Below, one piece after another: positions 52,580-64,000 of a stretch of DNA of 64,000 nt (its first letter is position 1; each line of letters starts with the position of its first letter). This DNA is from Lingula anatina. Lineage: Eukaryota; Animalia; Brachiopoda. A program made the translations under genes and the position numbers. Location of the stretch: assembly GCA_051362555.1 (NCBI GenBank), contig CM120643.1, positions 8,432,001-8,496,000 on the forward strand, written 5' to 3'. The notes beneath the pieces were generated by a model. The model was not told the DNA's origin, ran no database searches, and was given only the letters and a program-made list of their open reading frames with translations.

Positions 52580-55518
52580 TCAAGCCACCCCCCCAACTGT
52601 GATTGGTCCCCATGCTTCACAGCTACTATTCGATTCATTCTCGTTCTCGATTCTATTCGATTCATTCTCGTTGCTTTCAACCAGCTCTCCTGGGTGTACA
52701 GGATCCTCTGCTACACTGTTGTACGCACTGCTAGACTGGCAGGAACTGTACGAGCGTTTCGACACGTCTCTTATCTTCAAACTCTCCCTACTGGGTGTAC
52801 GCCGCCTGCTGTAGATGACATGAAAGCTGGAAGAGAAACAGCACAGCAGCCGTCACGTTTTGTCCACGTCTTTTTTACTTCTTGCGAGTTCAAATATACC
52901 TTATTGTATAATGTTGCTACATTTGGCCTTATATTTTGAGCCCTTTCCTTTAACTTCTTAGCATAATGACTGCAGGGAGGACAGGACAATGTTAAAAAAA
53001 GGGGCCATTTTTGTCATATTCTAAGACTGCCAGTGAAGACAATTAAAGTATACTGACCACAACAACAGAAACCCCATGCCAAAAAGTGCGGCCACCGTGA
53101 GGAACACGACCCCGCTAAAGATGTCAACAGTAGCCGAGTACACGGTGCCAAATGTGACACTGGCCAGCAAGGCAGATAAAGTCTCCATGGCAGCTACGCT
53201 GGCAAAGAGAGCTCCTGGAACCAAAGACATATAATAAGGTAACCCTCTACCAGGGCCATAGATTGATTTTTCACTAGATAATCACTTGAGGCACTGGCCA
53301 AAGTTTAACCATTCTTGTAGTGAATTTCAATGAATGGACCTGAGTGACATTGACTATGTACCCTAGGTCATTATATTATAGACCGACCATTTCGATATGC
53401 GAAGAATCGTGTACAACCACTCATCATGATTCTGGCTGGGGCTGTCACCAAATAACTTACGACCGAAAGTGTAATACATAAAGTGGCAATTGATCTAACA
53501 TATTTAACACTGTACGTGTAACGTGTGCAATGTCTTATTTTTGTGGAATGTTTTTCCTCAATGTTGGCGCGAAATTGCATTTGTTTTTTTTTTTTTGTTC
53601 TCGAAATTGCCTTTAAATTTGGGTCTCAAAAACTCGGTCAGGCGTTCTTGTGGAGAACCATCTCTCCCCGCCGTGACACTACATGCCCTCTGATATCTGG
53701 GGCTTCTAATGTATTATGCAAAATTAAATTATGAGCGCAAAATTGTTTAATAGACCACTATCGCACCCTGTGGTGAGATAGTAAGTAAGGTATACCTTGC
53801 TTCTTATGGTGAACGGTCTTTGACATCTGGGCCCGTATCATAGGAATTATTAGGAGTGCCAGCATACCCAGAACAGAACCTGAAAATTATTTATTGCTGT
53901 AGTAATCGTTGGTGATAAATAATATTTTAAAGTGAAATAATTAATATGATCCTAAACAAAATTAAGAAATTTATTGGAATTAAGAACAAAAATATTATGA
54001 GGGACACTGTAATTATACAAATTTAAGGCATGCAATGTCAAGCAAGCTTTTCCCATATTATCATAAATTTCATAGATTCTAATAAGGGTTTCTAAGCAGG
54101 GAAATCAGAAGAAATTCAGGATGGTTCTACGCCATTTTTATAAAATTGCCTACTTTGAAATTGATGGCTACGTGCCTGAAACACACGCAAAACATTCCGA
54201 ATAATGCAATATATACAGAAAATAAGCAGATTGTTGTTAACATACCACAGACCTTACTTACTGAAAACCGAGTATTATTAACATACTTACTCACAAACAT
54301 AAGTTCGGTTTTGTTGGCAAACGCTTGAAGAACACTTGCTGCAATTGCGCTCATTAACGCAACTAATGCTATACCAATATCAGACATCTTCCACCAATGA
54401 TGCATGATAAATAGTCCCAGCGCTCCTCCAAATGTCATTAGAGCCAAGGTACCGGCCAAGAACCAGCTGGCCAGTTTGACATCCCAGCAAAGCGGTCGGT
54501 TCAACACGTACAAGAGAGCAATGGAAATTATCGACGGAGACTGCGCCATGGCAATGAAGAAAAGAGATGCAAATAGAATGCGGAGTTTCCATTCTTTGCG
54601 ACACTTAGTTCCTTCACTGCCGCCGTTGCCTCCGGTGGACACGCTGTTCTCCGTGGAGTAAATAGAAACAACTGCTGCTATATTTTTGACAGAGAAAAGC
54701 TTCGCCGTTGGGTCTTGTTTTACGGTTTCGGGCACAAATAGCACCGCATATATTGCAGTCACGGTGTACAACGCCCCAATGGCAAGGGTCTTGAATAAGA
54801 AAGCGGCATTGCTTTGATTTTCTAGAGCTATCCAGTAGTCTACGCCAACCACTCCAACAGCACCGCCTAAAAGCATCAAGCAGTCAAGAACCAAGATCCT
54901 AAATCCCCTTTGTCCATCTGTAGTGGTGTCCGCAGTGTAGGCGATGGAACCAAGGATAAGAATGGTGTAGCCACCTAGAGAACCCCCCAGAACATTGCTA
55001 ATCAGAAGATACTCTAATGGTAGATCTAGTTGGACGATTAAGGCGGTGATGCCCAGGTACAGGACTCCACTTAAACAAGGGAGGAGCAAACAAGGTTTTC
55101 TGCCCGCTTTGTCACTATGTGCACCAAAAACAACGGTTGAAATGACGCTCGGTATCATATATGCAACGGTGAGGTGCATGTTCCACATTGCCACATTTTC
55201 CTGAATCAACCTGTCGATCGTCGTCTGGTTTTTGTCACAAAGGGACACACTGGAAGAATTGCTGACGGTAACATTAAAGCGTTCATAAACCTTTTTCTCC
55301 ACGTAAAAAATCATCAGGGGACTGCACGCTGCGGCGGCGATGAAATAAAGAAAAACAACCGGTTCAACGATGATGCATCTCTTGGGGGTGACAGGCGGTT
55401 GTGGTATTTCTTGCTCTTTTAGAGAACTCCGCGGGGACTGTAAGTGGCGCTGGGGAGGATCCATGAAACTGCTCTCGCTTTCTACAACGCCATCTGCCGA
55501 TTGTTCTTTTTGTTGCAT
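52580..55518 (-). CDS. SLC46-family MFS transporter, paralog C2
   Basis: Exons 55518-54291, 53879-53796, 53214-53058 and 52826-52580. The frame is intact and ends ...SCEAWGPITVGGVA*. Confidence 0.88.
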
Positions 55519-57405
55519 CTTGGTGTCGGGAGGAGTGATACTTGGTTCATCAATCAGTGTTGGATGTACGTCGGTATTATTTGCGTTGGGTCGACTACAA
55601 CATAATAAGAAGATAAAATAAATGCAATTATTTTGACATTAAAATTATTATATTTACATTATTATATTTAATCATTTTTTACATTATTATATTTATATAT
55701 AACACATACTGTACGAGGGCCTCTGTGGGATTTTTTCACTAGTAGTAGTAGTAGTTTATTATCATCACTGTATGCGTATGATTACATAATAAATATCTAG
55801 CGAGCAGAACATTACATACAGGGATAAATGATCAATAAAGGCATTACAAGTATAATATGTAGCGCAATACACTACCATGACAAAAATTCACGGATATATC
55901 TGGCTGTACAGTGGCTGTACACATGTCTGTACTGTTAGGATTTTTGCACAAATATTACGCAATCAGTCAGCTGGGTTGTGGAAGAGAGTGCGACCTCGCG
56001 TACAGTAGTCAAAATGACCAGAGATTCAGATCAATAACATCAAACAGATTAGGATATACCTTTAATTGGGAGTTAAAGTTATAATACCGCCAAAGGTAAT
56101 TTTAAATGAGACAATCAAATTGAACGCATATTAATCAGCCGTTTAATCAGGAAGGCTGATTTCAGAACTGGTTTGCCTCTATATCTATTTTACGATAAAT
56201 GTAATGATATGATAAGGGTAAAGCATCACCCCTCCATCATAGGTAATAAAATAGCCTACGATGACTTCTAGTTTCTTTCTCTTGTAGCTGAGCTTGTAAA
56301 TCAGTATATAGAAATTATGTACCATGCAAACTGGTGAGGTTAAAGAAGATCTTCAGGTAATCGTATGTGGCAAAGGGTCATTTGAAATGGCCACAAAACG
56401 CGCGATCGGATTGGCACAGCTGTGATGACAGGCAAAATGACCAAGCTTTAGTTCTGTAGCAACGTTGTTTCTAATACTCACCTGTTTAGATCAGGCTCAA
56501 ATGAAAGGGGGACCAATAGTAAATCGATCTTCATTTCTCAAAACTGCCTAGTTTGCATTATTACACATAGAACATGAATTCTCACCTACCTGGTGTTTTT
56601 GTTTTCTACAGTGAGCTATATCATTGATATGTACAACATGTCGCATCAAACTACATGTACCCCGTGATCAGAAGAGATACTGCAGCCCACTGATAAACAG
56701 AAATGATGTTATCATCTAATTAGTAGCGACACTGGCAGTGTTTGTCTACAATACAATCACCCAAACAAAAGCCTCTTCATTTTTTTAAATTCGTGGTTGA
56801 AGTGGGTTAAATGAGAAGCGGGCATCCCATCCTCCCCAAGGCGCGTGCAGTGTTTGCTTCTGTATTGGCAGCACACGATGTATTTTCCTTTCGCACAGAA
56901 AATGTTTAATGAGCACACATACGGTCTTTCAAGTCTTTCAACTCTGTCAGTCCAAGAAGTTATAAAGAGAACTTCTCATTATAACTTCTTGGTCAGTCCT
57001 AGGATCCAATTTATACAGGGGTTGATCCAGTGGGGAGGAAGGGGGGGGGAGAAGGAATATTTTTTTACTCATTTCATTATCTTAAATCTGTCAAAGAATA
57101 TTTTTGAGAATATAGTTAAATATGCAGAGAGATTCAATTACCACACTCTCAGTATGGAACGCCGTTTGTACAAAAAAGATGAAAGTAGCATTTTGACCAG
57201 AATTTTTTTTTTTTTGCGAGGTGCTAACATCATTTTGAGATCGTCACTTTCATCATTTTGAGAGAAAAGTATTTTTTACAAAGTCGATTTATCATTTTGC
57301 ATGTCGAGTTTATCGTTTTGAAATACCGACATGCTTTGCGCGAGATGACGCAAAACTAGGGGTCGTCTCATTACAAACGGTGGGAAAAGGATCTAACGCA
57401 TCCAG

Positions 57406-57593
57406 GACTGGTTCCCGGTTCACCGTCTACAAAAAATTGTTAGTGCCTAGCCACAAGCTCTATAATTACCCTTTCGTCTCTGAATTTGGCCTTCAGGTGT
57501 CCCAAACCAGCTTCCTCCAGGATTTGATCCATAACTGCCGCCTTGTGGCCAGGCACTAACAACTTTTTGTAGACGGTGAACAGGGAACCAATC
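57406..57593. mobile_element. Palindromic MITE nested in the left TIR of the 57153-58816 element
   Basis: ~70-bp arms GACTGGTTCCCGGTTCACCGTCTACAAAAA / TTTTTGTAGACGGTGAACAGGGAACCAATC. The host TIR resumes afterwards (GGTCCGTGTAT). Confidence 0.75.
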
Positions 57594-57855
57594 CTGGAGG
57601 TCCGTGTATTTTATTTTATAAAAATCCACACATTTACATTTTGAGTTTGACTTTCTTTTCCCATGCAATATGATCGTTGGGACGGACACTCTCAAATATT
57701 CATATTGTTTATAAAAATAAAATGTACATAGAGGGGAAAAATAAGCGCAAGAATTCTCTCTTGTTTCAGTTTTTAACTGCTGTTACTGTACAAACCAGCA
57801 ACTGATCAAAAAAAAAAATAATAATAATAATAAAATAATAATAATAATAATAAAA

Positions 57856-58118
57856 CAGGGGCGGATCCAAGATTATTTGAAAGGGGGAGTGTGAAGCTGA
57901 CAACCCCCTCATTGCCGTGGGGTTCGGGGCCCGCTGAAGAGCACCGAAAAATTTTGGTATTTTAGAGGGCGAACGGTACCTTTGGTATGGTTTAGAACTG
58001 TAATTCAGCTGGTCAAAATACTAATTTTAAGAGGAAATCATTGGTGTGATTTTTTCAGAAATCGAAGGGAGGGGGGGGGTGTCAGGACTCCCCTGACAAC
58101 CCCCTAAATCCGCCACTG
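57856..58118. mobile_element. hAT-like MITE of the same family as 13700-13946, nested
   Basis: CAGGGGCGGATCC...ATCCGCCACTG, with internal GGGTTCGGGGCCCGCTGAAG shared with the other copies. Confidence 0.75.
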
Positions 58119-58720
58119 GGTCAGGTACCTTATCTAGTTTTAACCAACGTTTTAATTGCTTTTATTAAAAGCTAGTTGGAAACCTTCTTAATCATGCAGC
58201 AATAACAAGCAACGGGCTTGAAAATCAGAAAAACGAACAGACTTCCGTTTTTCTATTTGAATCGAACATTGAATAATGAACACTTTTCGATCCTGTCATT
58301 TCCTCAAAGACAGAGATAAAGGGTATTTTATAATTTATTTCACCTTTGAAACATTAGAAAGCACGAAAACGGTCGATATTCATATTTTCTATCACATCGG
58401 GGATCTGTTGATGTTGTATTTTGCATTTTATGGTAAAATATAGAAAACAAGGGCAGTTCCCGTTTTTCCATTTTTCATATTAAATTTTTTTTTCATTTTC
58501 TGACGAAATGGAAATCACTTTGCCCCGCCATACACGGACCCCTGGATGGGTTAATTCCTTTTCCCACCGTTTGTTATGAGACGACCCCGTCATCTCGCGC
58601 AAAGCATGTCGGTATCTCAAAACGATAAACTCGACATGCAAAATGATAAAACGACTTTGCAGAAAATACTTTTCTCTCAAAATGATGAAAGTGACGATCT
58701 CAAAATGATGTTAGCACCTC

Positions 58721-58768
<48 letters not shown>

Positions 58769-59839
58769 CTTGTCAAAATGATACTTTCATCATTTTTGTA
58801 CAAACGGCGTTCCATATCTCAGAACTTATAAACAAAATTTCACTTTTGAGTTACCACTAGCCTACATCGATATCGTAGCGCTTCTGGCAGATCAAAGGAT
58901 GCGTCGTACTAGCTACGTATACTGTGTACAAACTCGAAGGAGACTCTTGCTGAATGGGGCGCTTGTTAAATAAAAAGACAAATTTCTACTTAAACAAACC
59001 TTGAAAAAGACACCGAGTGAAAATTCGTAAAAATTTTTAATTAATTTACAATGTATAAAAAATCTTGACCGGATCATGGAAATGACCGGATTCATAATAC
59101 TGTGGTTTTAAGTCAAAGTCCTACTGGAGCCTGTTGGGTCGAGAAAGTCAGATTTGACAGAAGGATTATCATATTTCGGAAGTTTAGCGAGATAAATCCC
59201 AAATAATTTGACATGTAGGTATCTATCTATACAATATCATTATAAAAAGAGAAACAGCATTGGTCAGTATCCAACTGTGCAGAAGAAGTAGCAATTACAT
59301 AAGCTTCCCGGGCTTTTCAGAAAGGTTACAGATAAAGCTCCTAAACTCTTTTTTCTTACATAGCATGGAAGAAACATGTATGGCGTTCAATAAGTTACTG
59401 AGTCAATCCTTTCACGTACCAGAGCAATAGCAGCCCAAGGGGGAGGCACTTAATTAATTCGTGCGAGTGTCCCTCACATAGTTTCTGAGGATTTGCCGAT
59501 GCATAAGTACTATTCCGTAGTGAACTTCCATTAAATTGTAATGGGATACTTCTGAGTTTTCAAATAAGTAAGTTCTCTGTGTGTCTTCTTTATTCATTCT
59601 TATTATAGGCTACTTTTTTTTTGATAGGGTCAATGGGATCCAAACTTTTTTGGAGGAAAAATCGGACTAAACCATGTTTTTCGTCGTTACACATTAATCT
59701 GATCCTTATGATGCATATTTTGAAAAACTTAATAAATAATCAATAGTATTTGTGATGGGAGAAAGTGAGAAACGTTACACATAGGGAAACTTGTCCCATG
59801 TATGTCTCATTGCATTTGTTGTGATTTTGAGTTGCGAAA

Positions 59840-59992
59840 ATTGCTACAGGAAGTGAGGCCAGCTACGCATGCGTCATTGTAAGCCATTGACCTGTGACCT
59901 AGTTCAGAGTTTGACACAAGACTTCCCTCAACTTCTTAGTTATTCTTCCATGGCGCTGTGAGTTGGCGATCATATGCCAAAACCAGGTAAGG
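59840..59992 (+). promoter_or_regulatory. Possible promoter and first exon of a plus-strand gene continuing beyond the window
   Basis: ETS-like ACAGGAAGTG, NRF-1-like CGCATGCG and YY1-like CATGGCG, followed by a strong donor CCAG|GTAAGG at ~59986. Confidence 0.35.
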
Positions 59993-61724
59993 AAACTATA
60001 TCTGTACAATCTCTATAAAACGTGTTACTTTTGATCACAGGGATAATGCGTGAAATGTAATACAGTTGCCGGGCGACAGAAAGGTCTTATGCCGACTGCG
60101 GCAAGTAGCACCCCAAAGTAAATGTAACAACGGGAGTGATCTGTATTTTTTATTTGTTTTGAAGACATGATCATGCCCATATAGTAAAATATAGAAACGT
60201 AGTTTCCGTTTTAAGAACTCCTTTAGTTGGTCCTTTACCAATATGTTTACCGGCACATGTTCAACGTTTTTGTCCAGTGCCAAAACGCCTCATTGCTTTA
60301 CTATTGTTATATTGTCCGAATCACAGCGGAGCCTTTGTTAACATTCACAACAGAGTCGTTGTAAACAGCGGGGTTTCTATGCCGTGTAACTGCTGGCTGT
60401 CTATTTTCAACTTTTTAAGCATATGCACATGATCAGAAGACATTTAGAGTTTCTTTAAAGTCTGGGGTTAGAATGGGGTTAGTTGGTGTAATCAAGAATC
60501 CAGATCCTTTTTCATTCATGAATGATCAATTCCAAGGCCTTGAACTTGAAATAAGAGTAGGAGGCAGTGAGTGCAAACTGTACTTATTCATGCTTTTGAT
60601 AAGGAATGGGCTTTTGAATCTGTAATTTTTTAAAGATTATACACGGACTAAGAGCCAAATTCACCACTACCATTCTCTAGCACATATATAGTCTTCTCAG
60701 ACTGCCCTGCACTATCATATTTTAAAGCAAAAAAATAATGCTTTAGCAGGGGCAGATCCAGAGGTAATTTCTGAATGTCTTCCAAATTGCCGTTGTTGAT
60801 CTATCCTCCAATTTTGACAATCTTCTTTCAGGGAAAAAAGTTGCCCGTCAATGTAAACTTGAAAAATTCTGACCATCTCCCAAAAGAACCAGACGACGAC
60901 TTTCGTTTGCCCCTGCTTGGCATTGTCATTGCCATTTTTAAAACAAAAAATTCACCAGAGTTCTGACATTATCTCATACCCTGCACCAATGAACAGATTA
61001 CTAATACGTTAAACACTTGAAAATTATGTAACCTAAAAATTAATTGATATTTAAAAATGCCTGAATCCTACATGGCCATATTACTAGTATGTGAAGAACT
61101 TTTCAAAGTTATCCTGAGTCCCATTTTCAAGTATGGCGAAATTTTCTAAGTGAAAAAAATTTGTCAGCCAAGAATGATCTTCTGAAAAAAATTTCAAACC
61201 TCACTGATTTCAAGTTTTCTACCCTCTACCAGGACCACAGATTGAATTTTCACTAGGTTTTTCACCAGATATGTCTCTTGCTAATTAATGATATTTTTTT
61301 CTCACTTTTGTAATCATTTTAATTGAATGGCACATCCCCTCACAAAGCAACGTGAACAACATCATGGACCATAAAGTTTTCTTGACGTTACCCAAGTACT
61401 TTAAATTATGAGGAAACTTGTCTGACAATAAAGCTGATTACATTGACTGTGCATTAGCAAGAACCTCCTAGGATAGATCAATTCTGCTGGACTGATAACT
61501 TATAGTCTGAACAGAGTCATAAAGCACATTCAGAACAGATGATCTGTGGACTAACAGACCTGTCGACTGGACGTAAAAGCAGCATCCTGATGGTCTTCCC
61601 TGCCTCTACACACACCATTGAGCAGATTAAATCTCAGCTCCGAGGTTTAATTGCAAGGCCCCTGCAGCGACGGTGTGTGTGGAGGCGGAGAGGCCATCAG
61701 GGAATTAGTTGGCACTGTTTTTAA

Positions 61725-61982
61725 GGCTTCGTTCACATGGAAAGTCTATTTTCTAAATTCTATTTTCTCTTCGCGGTATATCTTGTGATCACGGTCTGTG
61801 CCCTGAATTTCCCACAGCGTAATTACTGGCAGCACGAGCCAGTTACTATAAGTTACTATAAGTAACTGGCTCGCGCTGCCAGTAAATACGCCGCGGGATA
61901 TTCAGGGCACAGACCGTGATCATAAGAAACCGCGAATAGAAAATAGATTTTTAGAAAATAGACTTTCCATGTGAACGAAGCC
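61725..61982. mobile_element. Fully palindromic Harbinger-type MITE
   Basis: ~125-bp near-perfect arms GGCTTCGTTCACATGGAAAGTCTATTTTCTAAA... with TAA on both flanks. Confidence 0.88.
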
Positions 61983-63642
61983 TAAGTGAATTGGCCATAT
62001 TTAGTCTGAAGATCTGTTAGTCCGTGGATCAACTTGCTCTGAATGCCTTCGTAGAGTATCATTTTATTTCTAGGTTAGAACTTGGACCCACCATAAGACC
62101 CCATTTCCAGAATTTAGATCGATCTACTTTAGATCGACCTAACTCCCTGGGGGTTCACGCTAAATAGCTGTCAGCCGAGCGGACACGAAAGTTAATAAAT
62201 TACCTCCTTACAGCTTGTAGTAGGCGGGACGGACATTTAAGCCGGATTATATGACAGTAATCTAGTGAGACTCCCCGCAGGGATAGATCGATCTAAAAGC
62301 TCTGGGAATTCAGCCTTAGATATCTTGTATTGTTGGTCCAAGGTGAGAAAGTTGCCCTAGCAAATGTATGGCTTCGTTGTCATAGACAGATCTGAATTGT
62401 AAAAAGTCTGTGTTAAAACACCTTGTTCAATAAAATTGACCACTGCTACAACTTACAGCCACCCCAAGTCAGTTTTCAAAAATATTACGAATAGCACCAG
62501 TCAGGGAAAACTTAACAAGAAAACAATGTTGTTATTCTTTTGCTTAGTTGAATGTATTTATAGCCTAAAGAATGTTCAGTTTCTGTTGGCTGAGTGAGCA
62601 GTATGCAGCCTGTTATGATTGCTTTCTGAAAGCGTAGCTGTAACTTTATTTTTGTTGTTAGATACACATCAGTGGTTTTCTATCAAATACAGTTTGAATT
62701 GAGATCAAATGCGGTAGGCAGCAAGCAGTATTCAGTGCTTTGGAATATTTCTGGGCTGTTTTACCAACTGAAAGTTAACAGTAGTTCAAAACTTTTTTCA
62801 AACCTGAAAAGGGAGATTTTTCACTCCTTGAAACATTAACAGACACAAAAACAGACACAAAACAGACACTAGTAACATGATATTTTTGATTTTCTGACTT
62901 AATTGACAGTATACTTTTTCCTTGTTATTTTTTAATGAAGAAAACAATAAAGGTTCTGGGTAAATGTATAAATTTAACAAACAAAAGACCAAATATATTA
63001 TCAGTAATGTTTTTTTTTCACATTTATTGTGAAAACAATAATGTAGGCCTCACCTATGCTGGGTGCTTGACATTGCACATATTGCAATATAATTTAGAAC
63101 AAAATTCCATAAATAATATTCCCCGAGACTGGACCACATTAGTTAACCTGATTTCTCTGAGCAGCTGAGTTTAAGTCAGATAAGCATATAGATTGGATAT
63201 AGTTGTTTTGAAATACCGAGCCAACCTTGATCATATATTTTGTGTAAAAGGAGAAAAAAAAAAAAGGAGATAATTTTAGGGTTATGAGCCAACCTTAATA
63301 TTCCCTGTAGCATTTTAAATTGTCCTTGAGCTGTTTTATATTTTATCACCATTAAAAAATTTCAAGAGAAAGGGTCTAGGTTGCTAGTAAGAAGTTACAC
63401 TTCATCCATTTGCTCTTAAATATAGAAATAGTGCGGAAAAGAGATATATCTTAGAGTTTCATGGAGGAGAAAATGTGCTGTGGGTGGGTGGGGATTGGGA
63501 AGGAGAGTTTCTGCTATACTTTTTCATATTGAGTGGTAAATGAAAGCAATAGATTCTTTACTGAGAGATTGGCCAGCTTTTTTCTTGGGTTGCCATATTT
63601 AACCTGCGGACTAGTTAGTCTACTGTTCTGAATGCGTCCAAA

Positions 63643-63812
63643 GAGCACATTCAGAACAGTGGACTAACAGATCCCCGGATCAAATATGGCAACCCACACC
63701 TAAGCTTGCCACTTAATTCCTGATTAGATACTGAATATTACGCAACAAGCATTCAAGTGGGTCGACCATAATTGATCCACGGATCTGTTAGTCCCCAGTT
63801 CTGAATGCGCTC
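63643..63812. mobile_element. MITE (GAGCACATTCAGAAC...GTTCTGAATGCGCTC); a related copy at ~61523-62047 hosts the 61725 palindrome
   Basis: Inverted arms include GGACTAACAGATCC / GGATCTGTTAGTCC. Confidence 0.7.
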
Positions 63813-64000
63813 TTAGAACCCTGGCTATTATGTAAGATAGGCAGTTCAACGGAACTTTCTAGCTTAGCACTACCAATTATTGAACTTTTGCCTGAACAAC
63901 AGGAAACAAACTGACGCAGAACTTGAGAAAGGGAGTGAAAACCCATACCTTAATTACTAATAATTGTTAGAAGTGTAATAAGATATTAAGGCTTCTCAAA

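Larger units (their letters stand above)
57153..58816. mobile_element. Non-autonomous DNA transposon with ~270-bp TIRs and a 6-bp TSD
   Basis: TATGGAACGCCGTTTGTACAAAAA... / ...TTTTTGTACAAACGGCGTTCCATA, with TCTCAG on both flanks. Confidence 0.85.

Noticed and set aside
52403-52939. 178-aa plus-strand ORF
   Set aside because: It starts within a MITE and is antisense to the C2 last exon; it is not conserved as an ORF in C1.
54127-54290. C-terminal extensions of the ~400-460-aa SLC46 ORFs in the ORF track
   Set aside because: They are read-through into intron 1. Conserved donors and downstream 84-nt and 157-nt exons complete the transporter.

Overview
AT-rich eukaryotic DNA, probably from an invertebrate metazoan (GT-AG introns, microsatellites, many MITEs; no prokaryotic features). 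All well-supported genes are on the minus strand. The left part holds a FAM210B-like (DUF1279) gene. An intronless 263-aa ORF with a mitochondrial-type presequence lies between its recognisable exons and an NRF-1-motif promoter. Next to that promoter is a CACTA-type element carrying a deleted Gypsy LTR element. From about 13.3 to 56.8 kb there is a tandem array of SLC46 (PCFT/SLC46A3-like) MFS transporters in the order A1, pseudo-B0, A2, B1, A3, B2, C1, C2. That is seven genes with the same four-coding-exon layout plus one deletion-wrecked pseudogene, produced by triplication of an A+B unit and duplication of a C unit. Paralog comparison reveals empty sites for several transposons, including a Tc1 element. 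The right end is MITE-rich, with a possible first exon of a plus-strand gene. Coordinates were read by eye and no database searches were run.
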